A DNA stretch of 64,000 bases from Plasmodiophora brassicae (Eukaryota), in assembly GCA_036867785.1 (NCBI GenBank), contig CP145413.1:372001-436000 (forward strand), read 5' to 3'. The position numbers were made by a program, and so were the translations under genes. Under the pieces are notes generated by a model, which was not told where the DNA came from, ran no database searches, and was given only the letters and a program-made list of their open reading frames with translations. Positions 1-13,383 of this stretch are shown one piece after another; within the stretch, counting starts at the first letter, position 1; every line of letters begins with the position of its first letter.

Positions 1-2
1 CA

Positions 3-737
3 GTACGGAGCCGCCCGCGCTCGTGGTACAAGAGCGGCAGTGATACGCCAGTCGTGGACAAACGATTCTGGTACCAATGCTCATCCAGCGACGAAGCCCC
101 AAACACATCGGGAGCAAGTGACGCAGAATCCGACGCCTTCTCTGACGGAGCAAGTGACGCGGAATCCAATGCCTTCGCTGACGATGAACGGGAGGAAGTC
201 GTTCCAGACGTTCCCCGGGCAAGCCGTAACACAGCTCCTTCCGACGAAACAAATGCACGTCAGCGGCGCATCCAGCGTCGACTGCAGAGAGATGCACGTC
301 AGCGGCCCGGCCAGCGCCGGCTGCAGAGGGAACAGGACGGGGTTGGGGTGCCTCACGAGCAGCCATCGCCACGGAATCCTGATGTTCAGGCTTCGACGCC
401 GGCCGCTGGTCGGCGTGCTACCAGCGATGAGCTGTTGGCTCAAACCCTGCATAATGTTTACGCTAAGGAGACGGAATTGCATTCGGGGCCATCTGCCCCG
501 TTGGACTGGCGTGCAATGGTGATTCAGAACAACCTGGACGACGAGGAGATTGCGTTTCAGCTTCACCTTGAGGCGCTGCAAGAGCAGCACGAGGTCCAGA
601 ATGCCGCACGCGCGAACGATCCCAGCATGGCTCGACAGCTACAGGCGCTGGAGCTCCAGTCGACGGGGGCCGATGAGCACCTCGCTCGCCTTCTGCAGCA
701 GGAGGAACTCCATCGTCTGCATGACGGTCGCTTGTGA
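3..737 (+). CDS. 3' portion of a low-complexity protein with C-terminal ubiquitin-binding-like (MIU/UIM-like) motifs; 5' end outside window
   Basis: Frame is open from base 3 to TGA at 735-737. Three DxxxAxxL-type helical motifs (DDEEIAFQLHLE, DPSMARQLQALE, DEHLARLLQQEE). AATAAA at 781-786. Confidence 0.6.
   Translation, partial: VRSRPRSWYKSGSDTPVVDKRFWYQCSSSDEAPNTSGASDAESDAFSDGASDAESNAFADDEREEVVPDVPRASRNTAPSDETNARQRRIQRRLQRDARQRPGQRRLQREQDGVGVPHEQPSPRNPDVQASTPAAGRRATSDELLAQTLHNVYAKETELHSGPSAPLDWRAMVIQNNLDDEEIAFQLHLEALQEQHEVQNAARANDPSMARQLQALELQSTGADEHLARLLQQEELHRLHDGRL
111..330 (+). repeat. Two short in-frame tandem duplications (36-bp x2 and 39-bp x2)
   Basis: GASDAESDAFSD/GASDAESNAFAD and [26 protein letters not shown], both also visible at DNA level. 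Confidence 0.8.
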
Positions 738-979
738 CGCGGTCTGTGTATCAAAGTTTGTGTCCTGTATGGCAATTCTCAATAAATTTCTTCCTCGCTG
801 AGGATACCTCGACGTCGCCTACGTATATCGGCAAATGTAGACGAATCGCAATGCCGCACGAGCACGTCTGCCGTGTATAACCATTCACGATGACGGTTAT
901 ACGCTCGCCCTATCTGGCAGCAGGTCTCGCTCCCGTGCAGGTGGAGCAGGCGCCCAGCAGAGTCGTCATCACTGCCCGT

Positions 980-3458
980 TTACTGTCGAAGTTTGAGAAA
1001 GAATCGTTTGAGCAGGCGGGCCTCGCTGGCAACGGTGCGGCTGAGTTGGTCGGGATCGGCGTCCGGCGGCAGGTTGATCACGGTTTTGATATTGGCGCCG
1101 GCTTCCTCGACGCCGTCGAGGAACGGCACCAGGTCGTAGTAGAAGTCATCACTCATCATCATCATGTGCTTTGCGAGATTCTCAGCCAGTGCTAATAGGC
1201 ACCGCTTGGCGTAGAACCAAGTGTCCGGGCTAAGCTTCTTACTGTATGGCTCTACAGGGGCAGAACATCATCGGACCGATTGGCCAACAGGTTCGCTTCC
1301 CTATGAAACACAGCCTACCGAGGCTCTTCATGATTCGCGAGATGCCGAATTTGTAGTTGAGCTTCGAGCAGTACAGGGTTCCAATCACCAGGTTGACGAT
1401 ACACAGATGGTAGAGTTGAGGCGTATTCCCCTCCGTGTCGTACTCCATCATCTCCTCCTCTTTCTCGATCTGCACAACGAGATGAGTTACTCATCCCCTG
1501 CCCAGCTGCTGCTGCTGCTGCTGCTGTACATACCTGATTCATCAACTCTTGTGCCACATCGTTTTGCGAAGTCATGATATAGGAGACACACAGGTTGGCC
1601 ATGACCATCGCCTTGACGTCTACGTGACGAGAGTGCGTCGGTGGTGACCAGGAGGCAGAACGAGGTGCACAACGTTACCGAGGATGCTGTTCGTGGCTTG
1701 CTTCTTAACGATCGGTTCATAGTAGCGAATGGCTTCCTTGAACTTGTTCTCCTGCATGAAGAACGTGTGGGCGACGTTGAGTTTCCAGACGGGGTGGTCG
1801 CTGCAGAACTCGGCCGACTGCTTGAAGATGGCCTCGACTGCTGCATAGTTCTGACGGTCCCAGTAGATGCGCGCCTGGGACATCAGCACCGGCATGTACC
1901 GCTCCAAAGCCTCGTCGTATCCCTTCAGTGATGCCTTGATCAGTTCGTTATCATGCGCGACTCTATTCCATACGTTCAGCTCGATAGGCTTCTGCTTCCA
2001 CAATCAAAATCGCAGCCAGTACCTTCCGTCTTGGATGGCCTTGGTCATCTTCCGTAGCTGTTCAATGTGCTTCGCCGCCAGCAGGTCGAACTTTCGGAAG
2101 GCCTCTTCCGGTGACGACTGGACCAAGATCGTCGCCTCTGCATCATGGAATAAGAGATTCGCATTATCCCTGTATCCATCAATGGATGGGCCTACCCAGG
2201 TATTCGTGCAACTCCTGGCCGAGATGTGTTTCACGCAGGTGAAGGTTCGCTGCGAGCACGTCGCCGGCCGCGTCAAAGTACCCCAGCTTGCAGTAGAGCA
2301 GTAACAGGTTGCCGAACGTCTCTGGAGGGAATGTTGCCTGGCCTGCCCAGCGCGGTCATGTCAGCACCCGCGATTCGACAGTCAGCGCAGCGGTTCACCC
2401 ACTGAGCAGGAAATTCAACTTGCGAAGGCCCCCGTTCGGGTCACTTGCTATGTTGACCAGCGCCTGGTTGTGTAAGGTGACGGCGTCAAGTTCATCCTCA
2501 CCGCGCGGTGGCATATCGATCAAGGCGTCGCGAGCCGCCTCCATGTTATTCAGCTGGTACTCGATCGCCGATTTCAGGTTGAACGCCTCCACGAGCATGC
2601 TCTCACGAAGCACCTGACTGTTACCCACGCTGTGCACCTCGACGCCATCCCCGCCGCTTCCAACACTCAGCTCGGGATGCTCCTGGATGCCTCGCTCGAT
2701 AACATCGGCGACATGCTTTAAGGCGGGACCGTACTGCCCTGGAACCAATTGGCAGTTACACGTCGTGCGAACGATGGGCGGTCGGCCTGGATAACAACGT
2801 ACCTAGCTTATAGTAGCACAGCGCGATGTTGTACGACACGTCGGGCGAGTACCCGAGCTGGTTCTTCGCGTCCGTCAGCCTTGAAATGGCCTCCTCGAAC
2901 CGTTCGTCCTTGAACGCCAAGCACGCTTCGGCAACGGCAGCGTCTGCGATTATCGCAATCAGTAGGCGGTTCAAGAGTCCAGCTGCAGTGAGCGTTCCAA
3001 CCAGGATCGGATTTCGGCAGCGATTCGTCGATGACGGACCGGCACCCGACCAGGTCGTCCTGCTCGTATTTGCAGGCGGCCTGCAGCAGGACAACCTTTC
3101 GGGCCTGCTGTTCGTCGGTCACCTGGTGACAGACCCGCAGCGCCTGGTCGTACATGCCCGCTTTGTACAGCGACTGCGCGTAGTACACCTTGTACTCGTC
3201 GATGCCCGGGTGGTGCTTCACCAGCTCTTCGTACGTGTTGGCAGCGGCCCCGAATTCCTGCATGTAGTAATAGCAGTGGCCGAGAAGCGATAACCCTGCT
3301 CGCGACTTGGGCGCATCGACCAGCTCCGCCTGCAGGTGGCGGACCGCATCGGCCCACTGTCCATCGCGAATCTTCCCGTATATCAGCGCCGTCTTATTCA
3401 GATCGGACACCTTCTTCTGCATGCCATGGGCGTTCAGCGCCGTCTGCGGGCGCGCCAT
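980..3458 (-). CDS. IFT70: Intraflagellar transport protein IFT70 / TTC30 (fleer, DYF-1), multi-exon
   Basis: Exons give KSRAGLSLLGHCYYYMQEF, EAFNLKSAIEY, DMPPRGEDELDAVTLHNQAL, FPPETFGN, WKLNVAHTFFMQE, HLCIVNLVIGTLYCSKLNYKFGISR, all characteristic of TTC30. Start at 3458 or 3422. Confidence 0.93.
1504..1526. repeat. (CTG/CAG)n microsatellite inside an IFT70 intron
   Basis: About 7 CTG units between donor GTATGT (~1533) and acceptor TGCAG (~1470) on the minus strand. Confidence 0.75.
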
Positions 3459-3714
3459 CGTCGCCTCCTATCGGGCAGACGAGATGCGGCCCTCTCAGTC
3501 GTCACAGAAACCATTCGGCCTCCAATCGCGCAGATTGAACCAATGCCGGCCCATGACCCCAGGCCGCACGCCTCTGGGCTGACCGGGAACCCGCCTGCAC
3601 TGCATCGTGCACTTGTTGAGGATCGTCATGCGACGTACCGATCGCCAATATCTACGGCTGGTGTACGCGATTTGATCGCCTGTTCAGCATTACGGAGGGC
3701 GCTCGCTGGCCACC

Positions 3715-6700
3715 ATGAATGACGACGCCGAGGTGCAGGTGCGTGCAGCATCGCGCCCCTGCGTATGCGGCATGTGCCCTAATGTTCGCGACGGCGATCT
3801 TCACAGCAACTGCGTCGCCGCCTCAGCGTCGCCCTGCGCGAATGCCAGAACTATCACTCGCGGTTGCAGGCGACCATCGAGTATATCGCCGAGCGGCAGT
3901 CGTCGTGGGCCGCCGGCGGCGGCCATGACCAGAAGTCCATCGACATCGACGCGATTCGGACCCGGCGGCTGGAGCTGGAGGCGATCGCCGCCAGACTCAA
4001 GATCGACGGCATCGCCGACGATGACGCTGAGACAACCGCGTCAGCCATAGCAAGGATGAGGCTCGCCGAAGAGGAGTGTCGGGTCGCCGAGCTCAGGAAG
4101 CAACTGGAAGCACAGCGCCGCGAGATCCTGCGGCTCAAATCGCAAGGATCGCGTCGCAACTCGGTACGCATGCGACGCATCGGACAGATTGCACAGCCGT
4201 TGTTGTGAACGCTGTCGCGCTTACAGCCGGTGAGCGACCTGGACTCGATTGTGACCGACCTGTTTCCGGAAAGGCGCGTTTCCGGATCCGGTGACAACGC
4301 TACGATGGCGCCTGCGATCGTGACCAGGCTGTCGCAGTCCTCAACCGCATCATCATCAGTTAACGATGACGGCGGAGAAGGCGCACAGAAGACGCTGGAT
4401 GAGATCTTCGACTATATCTCGACGCGGATGCTTCGTGGGACGCTGACCGAATCCATGTTCGTCCGGGTGCTCAGCGTCAACAATGCCAAGAACAAGACAG
4501 GCGTCTTCAAACAGCTGTTTCGCGTTCTGCGGTTGTACCAGCGAATCGTACGGATTAGCCAGGATCTGGGTCACCAAACCGAAACGAGGTCAGCGACGGG
4601 GATGTATCTTTCGGTGAAGGTGGCTGGCCCGCTGATGCGCGTCGAACAGGGCGGCCCTGTCGCGGATCGAGGACATCGTGTACGATGTCATGGAAGTGCA
4701 ACTCGTCAACATCTACCTGTGCGATCGCAAACGGAACATGATTGAGTGCCTGGGTTCAGCTCACGGTTCGTCGTCGTCGACAACCGACCTGTCTTCGACG
4801 GTTAATGTCGCCTTGCAGATCACTGCTCGACTGGGTTCAACGTCAAGGTTGGCGAAGGCGTTGTGGGGACGGTGGTGGAGAACCCAGGCATCGTGAACGT
4901 CACGTATGATGACAGCGACGATGTAAAACTGAAAGGCATGCCTTGGGTTTGTACGTGCATTATTGGGCAGATGCTGACCCGGCTGCCTAGCAGACCTGCT
5001 GTCAGTTGAGTATCGCGGGATCAAAGTGAACTCCATGTTGGTTGGTCCGATCGCTGATGAATCCAGTGACACCATCCTCGGTGTCATCCAATGCTTCAAC
5101 AAAAAGAACGGGCCTTTCAACAGCACCGACGAAGTCATTCTCGAGCAAATCGCGAAACAGGCCGCGAACATTTTAACGACAACGTTGAGGTCAGATGCCC
5201 CGCCTTCTCCATTTGCGAATAGCGTTCTGACGATATGAGCACCAGGTTCCAAGAGGAAAAGAAACGTCAGGACCGAAACGACGTACTGATGGATATTGTC
5301 AAGACGGTCCACACGAACGACGATATTGACGAAATCATCTCAAAGGCATGCAGTCGACTGTGCAGCAGACTGTGTGGTGATGCAGCAATGACGTTGCTGC
5401 CAGGTCGTGGAGGCCTCTTATCGCGTTGTGCACTGCGACCGCGTATCTCTGTTCATGATCGACCCGTCGACAAATGAGCTGTGGTTCAAGGTGTCGAAAG
5501 ATGCATCGGCGGCCGGTTTCCGGTTTCCCATCGGGAAAGGTACGCCATTGAATCTGAATACGGGCCGCGCAAATGGCACCTCAAACGGGATACTGCAGGC
5601 ATTGCTGGATTTGTGGCATCGTCCGGCGAGAGTCTCAACATCGTCGATGCCTATAAGGATGACCGGTTCAGCTCCGTCCTGGATCGCCAGAGCAATTACC
5701 AGACAAGGACCATCTTGTGCATTCCCGTATGTACCGATCGTGGATTTGGCGTAAGGCCGTCGCCCAACTCGGGTCCTTGCAGATTTGCAATTTCAAAGGA
5801 AAACCTGTCGCCGTCCTTCAGTGCATCAACAAATACTGCATGCTATGCGATAAGGTTCCCTGCCTGGAACACCAGGTGCAGTTCGAGGACAGCGATCTCG
5901 AGATCATGCAGGTCTGGAGCAATGTGCGCACCCCATTACGAAAGCGGCACGGTTGTCATGCTTGCCATGGTAGACATTTGCCCGGGAAGTCGCCAGTGCA
6001 CTGCAGCGGAAGGCGCAGGAGAGCTCCTTCCAGCAGGCAATGGACATGGACGGCAACAGGTCGCATATGAAGGATTACATCCGGCAGTTTATCGGAGGTG
6101 GCAACAACGTCTCCAAACGGTTATTGCAATATGTGAAACCGGCGTCGATGAGTTACTGACCGGACCAGTGCAGACGTATGGCACTTACGTCAGATCAAAC
6201 GACGCCGGAGATCGAATGGCCGGTCATTTCGGTGAAGGCCGAAGCCAGCGAGCTTTGCGATTGGACGTTTGACTATTTCACCAAGACATCCGACGAGCAA
6301 TTGGGTACTCCCTTGTGTATCACTCGGAACGCAGAGCGCCTCTTACCGTTGCGCGCCAGGCCTGTCCGAGCACATCTTCGACATCCTGGAGCTGATTACG
6401 ACGTTTCGAATCAACAGGACCAGGCTGCGAAACTTTTTCGTCGAAGTACGCAAACTGTACAAAGACAACCCATACCACAACTTCCAGCACGCCTTCTCGG
6501 TCCTGCACATGGTGTTCCTGTTCGTGACGACGACTTCGGCGAAGACGATGCTGACGCGGGCGGATATCCTGGCGCTCACCGTTGGCGCCATCGGCCACGA
6601 CGTCGGGCACCCGGGCATGAATAACGATTTCCTCATCAACACGTACGCGACCAGCATACGTTTTCAGTGTACAGCGCTTACCTATGGGATGTGCACAGGG

Positions 6701-7415
6701 AGCACGAGCTTGCCGTGCGTTATAACGACGCGTCCGTCCTGGAGAATCATCATGCGGCAACGGTTTGCCAGCTGATGCGGCAGGAGAACTGCGATTTCCT
6801 GCCCGAGATGACGCGACAGCAGCGCCAGGAGCTTCGCAAGTGCATGGTCGAGGCCATCCTGCACACCGACCAGAGCCTGCATAAGTCAATGCTCGATAAC
6901 CTCATGACGAAGGCAAGTCGCTTCGTGAAGAATGTATCGCGCGACATGGCTGACCGGTGTGCCCCGCGCTGCAGATCAACACCAACCAGACGATCAACAG
7001 GGACAGCCCTGCTGACCGTCAAATGTTAGTCAACAACATCTTGCACTGCAGCGACATTGGCAACCCATGCCTGCCTGTCCATATGAGCCAGGAGTGGGCC
7101 AAAGCCATTCAGCAGGAGTTCTACCAGCAGGTCGGCAGCTCGCGGGTGTCGTCATCAGCGTCAACTAACGTCTGCGGTACTGGTTAGGCGACGCGCGAGA
7201 AGGCCATGGGATTACCGTATGCTGCGTTCATGGCGAACGATTCGGAAGAGGCGCTGGCTACCTTACAGATTAACTTCATCAACTATGTCGTCAGCCCCAT
7301 ATGGAAAGCCATGCACGAATTCCTACCTGAGCTGACGGTCGCAATGAATAACATGGCGGCGAACAAAGCCGCCTGGGAGCAGGCCAAGGAAAAGGCCAAA
7401 GCAGCCACCGACTAA
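3715..7415 (+). CDS. Class I 3',5'-cyclic nucleotide phosphodiesterase with N-terminal coiled coil and two GAF domains, multi-exon
   Basis: GAF motifs (GVIQCFNKKNGPFNSTDE; CDRVSLFMID...GIAGFVA...DAYKDDRF...YQTRTILCIP) and catalytic motifs YHNFQHA, HDVGHPGMNN, LENHH, HCSDIGNP, EFYQQ, QINFI. Confidence 0.92.
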
Positions 7416-7548
7416 ATATGCCCATTGGACGTTCTTATCAAGTATACCATCGAAACCTTAATATCTCGGACGATTTGTCTTACACGGTGGTGGCCACGTG
7501 CCTGTTGACACCAGATCGTGCCAGTATCGTATCTTAATCGCTTCACAA

Positions 7549-9128
7549 ATGTCGCGTCTGCAGGCTCTGTTCATCGTCATATCGCTGGGCTGGCAAACCA
7601 CGACAGGGTTCGACCTACCTCGACGACAGCTCCTGCAATTCCCAGAGTTAGCGAACACGGCCCAGGGATCAGGCCTGTGCAACAAGGAGGCGGCCAGTTT
7701 TATCACTGCCACGAACGGGTCCTGCCCCCTCAAGTCGACAGCGGACGACTGTAAGCAGTCAGGATGCTACGGGACGAGGCTGTCTGGGTTCGAACGCGTC
7801 GCCCTTCGCTGCAGTAACCCGTCGGACATCCCTACTTTACAGCGAGCAGCCGTTGTCGCTGGATATGATCGCGTAAGTCGACGAATGGTGACGGCGGAGA
7901 GCAGCACTACCTGACAGCCGTGATTGTTTTAAGGCGAAATGCCTGCGAAACCAAGGGAACTTTCCCTACCTGCAGGCCGGAGCGATCCTGAAGACTGTCG
8001 ACTTCAACTCTGAAACAAGCATCAATGCCGCCATGAACCAGATTTGCAACGACACGTACATGTCATTGGCGATGTCGCTCAGCACCGATGTTATCGAGCA
8101 ATCATTGTGCCGTCAACCGACTCTAGTTGGAACGTGGTCAGTTCCACCCATGATCGGACCGAATCAGCAGCACACTCAAGCCCATCGCTGTACAGGTGCG
8201 CTCGGAGCCTGTACGAGATGCAGTCGAACCGGACCATCGACAAACTGTGCAGCCCTTGTGGTCGGCATTCCAAATACCTGACGCCACAGCAACGCAAGGT
8301 CTACTGCATGCGGGACCAAACAGGAAACTTCTGTGGCACTGCCCTGATGACGTATTTCGGGACCAGTGGCACGCTCAGCAGCGCGCCAGACTGTGCAGGG
8401 CTTGATGTGACCACTCCTGGAACCTGTACTGACAAGTGCACTGCCTACCTACGAGACGTCGTGGAGCAGAGCGGTTGCTGTTTAACAACCGCATTCAATG
8501 CGGCCGTATCTCTAGCCGGGTCCGCTAAAGAAGTGGCCGCCGCCCTCAAACGAGAGGTTCGTTCGCAGTCGGCGTTGTGGGGACTGGATGGACCGTCTGA
8601 AACGCTGCCTAGTGGAATTATTACCAGTCAGACTGTAAGATCAAAATGCAACCGGCGTGTCCCATACCGCACCAGGCAGTGGTGCAATTTGAGCTGCAGG
8701 TCAATGGCCTCGTCAACGTCGACTCATCGAACCTTGGGTATGTGTGCACCGCGATACGGTCGGCTGTCAGCCGCTGGTACGTCGTCTCAATCGACGACGT
8801 CGCCTGCTCGCAAATGAAGGGCAACGTTTTCTGGGTGGAGTTTATCACAGCGGCATCCGCACAGGATATCACGGTCGGACTCCATCTGCGAACGCACATG
8901 CGCCGAGCTGACCGTCATCACTAGGACGACAATCTGGTGGTCGACAATATGAGCCGGCAAGGGATACTGAACATTCCCGAACTCTACCAGTACCTGTGGT
9001 CCGATGAAACCAGGCCGCCCACCGCCGTCAAGCTGGCGACGCCGCAATACACGCAGGCCTCGCCTCGTTCGGCCAGCCCCACGAACGCCCTGTGGGCAAC
9101 GATGATCGCCCTATACCTCTTCCTCTGA
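7549..9128 (+). CDS. Cysteine-rich secreted/surface protein, probable GPI anchor, function unknown, multi-exon
   Basis: Hydrophobic N-terminus MSRLQALFIVISLGWQTTTG, many Cys (CTDKC, SGCC, CSPC), C-terminal SASPTNALWATMIALYLFL*. GT-AG introns join the exons. AATAAA at 9174. Confidence 0.7.
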
Positions 9129-9936
9129 TCATGACGCCCTATACGCCTCGACATGAGGCCCTTCCAAATGCCGAATAAATTGCCAATGGTTTTTGTGCAG
9201 CAGTTCAGAGGCGGACGGCGTTGGCAGCTCCACGGTGCCAACAGCCGTCCAGCGACACTCAACAAGTCCCTGTCTTGGTACGCAAGGGACGTCCGCAGCG
9301 ATGGCGCAAACGTTGAGGCTCTCTGTCCATTTCCATCAGGACTGCCGGAATGTCGCCCCATACGTCACTCGGATCCTCTGACGGTCCCAAACGCCTCCTC
9401 TACGACAACGAATGGATCCAGCTCGCCGGCATGGACGTCGCCAGCTGATGATTGGGGCTATGCGAGACGTCGTCGTCGCTGGGCGGCCGACCGTCTGCCT
9501 ACCTACACCCGGTCCGGGAAGCATTAGCCCAGCACTAGTCTAGCATACCGTGGATTGTAATATTCCCACACATGAGCGTTTCGCGTCACGGCACGATGTC
9601 TGCACAAAAACGCTCTTGTTATCGTCACATCGACGTTTGTCTTCCCATGGCCCTGGCGCCTCTGTTGCGCTCTTGGTGGGTCGGGCGATCGTACGGTCAG
9701 CGCGTCCTAGGCACCTGCAAAGCCGTTAGTCAAGTGTCGGAGCGAGAGCATCGTGAACCACTGACAGACACTCATACGCTGAGCAAACCCCGCCTTATAC
9801 CTGCATGTCTGTGGGGAAGAAAAACTCGTGGGGCCGAAATGACCACCAGGTTCATCATTTTTGCGTCAGGCGACGCGAGGGCGGCGAGGCGATTTGTGTC
9901 GAAACCAGAATTATTTGACTCGGCAGCCGGTTGGGG

Positions 9937-10516
9937 ATGTTGGTGGCGAGGGGGCTGTTGGCGAGGTCGGGCGCGGTCGTAGTGGGGCGCCGAGGCCTTG
10001 CCGCAACTGCCGCGCGGCCGCTGTCGCCACACGTGACAATCTATAAGTTCCCATTGGCGGCCCTCTCGTCGATTGCTAACCGAGTCACCGGCTGTGTGCT
10101 GTCCGGCGGTCCGTCCTGCGTTCGACAATGATGCACGGTTCCTGATTCGTTCGTGTAGTGGTCGCTGGTGCGGGTCTGATCAGTTGCAACGGGGGCGACG
10201 TCGTCGGCATCGTTAACTCCATCAAGTCCGGCGCCCCCATCGTTGTCCCCGTACTGAAGCTCGCAATTGCTTTCCCGCTTGTATACCATTACCTGGGAGG
10301 TATTCGCCACCTGGTAATATTCTGTCACACGCATTGCTTCAGTGGGTTCTGAACGTTCCGTAGTACTGGGACGCTACTTGTCAGGGACTTACCATCAGTG
10401 CAACGCGCTCGTCTTCGGTTGCCCTTTTCGCGACATCTGCCGTTCTATCACTTCTGCTTGCCGGCTACACACTTCCTAAGAAAGCAGCGGCTGTCGAGAA
10501 GAACAAGAAGCATTGA
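9937..10516 (+). CDS. SDHC: Succinate dehydrogenase cytochrome b560 subunit, 3 exons
   Basis: Arg-rich presequence, RPLSPHVTIY, SIANRVTG, YHYLGGIRHL|YWD. Stop TGA at 10514-10516. Confidence 0.92.
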
Positions 10517-10566
10517 AGAAGGAAGAACGTCATCAACGAACAATATACGACGCCAATTGGCTGTGT

Positions 10567-13296
10567 TCATTTGCGGTTCTTTGTGCGCATCCTAGGATGC
10601 TTATTTGCTGCCGACTTCTTGAGGTTCTTCACGAGGTAGTCGATACGAGCGTCACCGGGAACGGAAGCACCACTGTTGTCTTGCTGGACCGATGCATCTC
10701 CAGACAACGCTTGCCGCTTTCGTTCGCGAATTTCTTGCTCGCGCATCGCTGCCCGTTCTTTGCGTTTCTGCTGTCGTATCTGCTGCAACTTCGACATGCC
10801 GTCCGTGTTCTTGAACGCCGGATCAGTAGGATCAATGGCAAACTCTTCTCGTTCGAAAATGGCTTTGAATCGGTCGTCGTCGACAATGGTTTGGACATCG
10901 AACGCAGCACCTCCTTCACCGTCAATCTTGCGGCCATCGGCTTCCTCTTCAGCAAGCATCTTTTGTCGCTTGTTCTTTTTCTTCGATCTGCTTGACTTGT
11001 TCTCGTGGGCATCAACCAGTTGCTTCAAGTTGTAGCCCTTTGTTCGGTGAAGTGCTTCGCCGTCATCACCTACGAACGATATTAAGCCAATGTTTGTCTT
11101 CAGTTCGTGATAAGTCGGCGAACCCTCGTTCAAAAGGAGCAGTTCGAGTTCAGCACGCTTCTTGTCATCTTCGGGGTCCTTAGTCTCGTGACGCTTTCCT
11201 TTTGATTTCGATTTCGCCTCGTGGCCACGACTGGCCTGGTCAGGCTGCTCCTCAATATAATGATCATCCTTGAAAGCGTCGGCAAAGAACAGGTCGTTCT
11301 TTTCTTCCAGGGTCAGCGGATCGGTTAGCGATTCCTCCAAGGTGACACCGCCCGCACCGCGAACCCTATACCGCCAGTGTTAGAGGGCAATGGACGGGAC
11401 ATCCGCACAAACGGTTCACCGTTTCTTCTCTTTGCGCTTGCGCTGACGTGCTTCCCAGACAGTTTCATTGGCAAGCGCTTCCTTGCGCGTTTTCGCATCG
11501 AGCATCGCCTGGCCGATATTGCTCAAGCCTGGTGTGAACGAAACCGTAATATCACCGACGACGTCTTCTTCGTCTTCTTTTTCTTGGGCTTGCTTTATAT
11601 CTGCAAAGGTATCAGATGCGCAGAAACCCAGGTGAAGTATATGATACACCTTTCAAAAGACCAAGGTATCGGCTTCGGGCACGCCGTTTAAGAGCGACTT
11701 TTTCACCCTCGCCATCAGTTTCGCTTACAACGGCATCAGTGCCTTCAGCATCGCTATCGGCAGGGGCAAGATACACCTGAATACGTTCATCATTAGATGG
11801 AACGTTTTGCCATTCTAGCCAGAGTCCAACCGACCTCAATATCGCGGTTATCCAACTGCTCATGTGTCAGTTTTCGCCTGAAGAACTGTTGTCGGTTCGG
11901 GTCGTCTGCATCCCAACTGCACTTGACGCGACTGTGGTGCAGAGACGATGTGATGAAATCTGTCGGATTGTACCCTTCAGGAGCATCAACAGCCCGATCC
12001 CTATATCTGTTTAACAAACGATATGACGGTATTCGCAGCAACAGTATTTACCTGATGTGTTCATCTTGAAATACAACGTCGTCAGGAACAAAGCGCATAT
12101 CGAGTAAGTTCGACGTCTGTTCGAACTCGAGACCATCGCATTCGGCGTACAAACGAGAGGCGCATGCAACCGCGTCACATTCGACAACAGCGAAGTAGTA
12201 TCGAAGCTTCTGTCTTTCGTATTGTCTAAGGCGTTCCATATCGATACCTGACAAGCGAGAGAGTCATGACCAATGTATCGTGTCGGCCGCAACTAATTAC
12301 CATCTTCTCTGTCGTCGTCCTCATCATCCGACGAAAGACCCTGGTCAAAGCCATTCTTCGTCTCATCGTTTTCGACACCCGCCCATATGTTTTGAGGACC
12401 CTGTTAAACCATGGCCGATAAACAAACAGTTCGGGCCACAATACGGACAGGATGTGTACCCATTCCGACTCTTTACGAATCATTTCTCGCCCGTACTCAG
12501 AGGTGTAGACGGTTACGGACAGGATGTTCCCAGAGTCCCCAACAAACGATTGCAGCATTACGAGAAGATCAACAGCACGGACGCGATCCCATTCCAGGTT
12601 AACAATCGCAAGCCGACGGGATTCACCGCCTAGCGGGACATCTTCTTTCTCCTCCGTCTAAATCCGAACTGAATGAGCATGGACATTACAATGAAAGCAG
12701 TCAACGATCAGTCAGTACCTGGTCGCCGGCTTCTTCATCAACCTTGACACCATCATCGGAGCTTTCACTAGAGGCATCGTCATCGCTGGAGTCCGTTTCA
12801 AAGCCAACGCGGCTAATGTCCCTCGCGCCTTCGTCGGTTGGATCACCATCATCTTCACTACGCCAGCATGAGCTTCAAGGAGCACAGAAATACAAAATAC
12901 TAACCTCGAAGGAAGGACATCTGGTTCGTCAGAGCTTTTGTCCTGGTCATCTTCGAGCTCGTAATACCGGTGCAAATTGTCGCCATATGCATCCGTTTCC
13001 ACTTTTCTTCCGTATTCATCGATAACGTCTACATCCGGCTATTAGGTATGTCAATACGCCATACCAGTAGGTGCACACATACAGTTTGACTGGAATCGTG
13101 GATCGTCAAACATTCCCTTGAACCGTTCATCAATCTGAACTTTTCTCTTGCTTTTCGGCATAGTCTGAAACCGAGGATCCGAGTGCACTCGAGCAAACCG
13201 AGGATCGTCAATAACTTCATCGTCGTTCCTAGGCCTTGGTCTGCCGCCCTTTTTCGGTTTCGGTGCGCCCTTAGCCTTCTTCGTGTTAGCTCCCAT
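10567..13296 (-). CDS. ESF1: Pre-rRNA-processing protein ESF1, multi-exon
   Basis: DPRFARVHSDPRF...IDERFKGMF, ERLRQYERQKLRYYFAVVECD, ECDGLEFE, and C-terminal NUC153-like DDRFKAIFEREEFAIDPTDPAFKNT. Confidence 0.92.
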
Positions 13297-13383
13297 GGCT
13301 GATAGCAGTGCACCTCTGATGGTCGCGGACTCCGTCACGGACTCCGTGACGATCACTGTGCGACAGCACAGAGTTCCGTTCTT

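Noticed and set aside
9130..9930. Short ORFs in the gap before SDHC
   Set aside because: No recognisable motifs or convincing exon structure; treated as non-coding.
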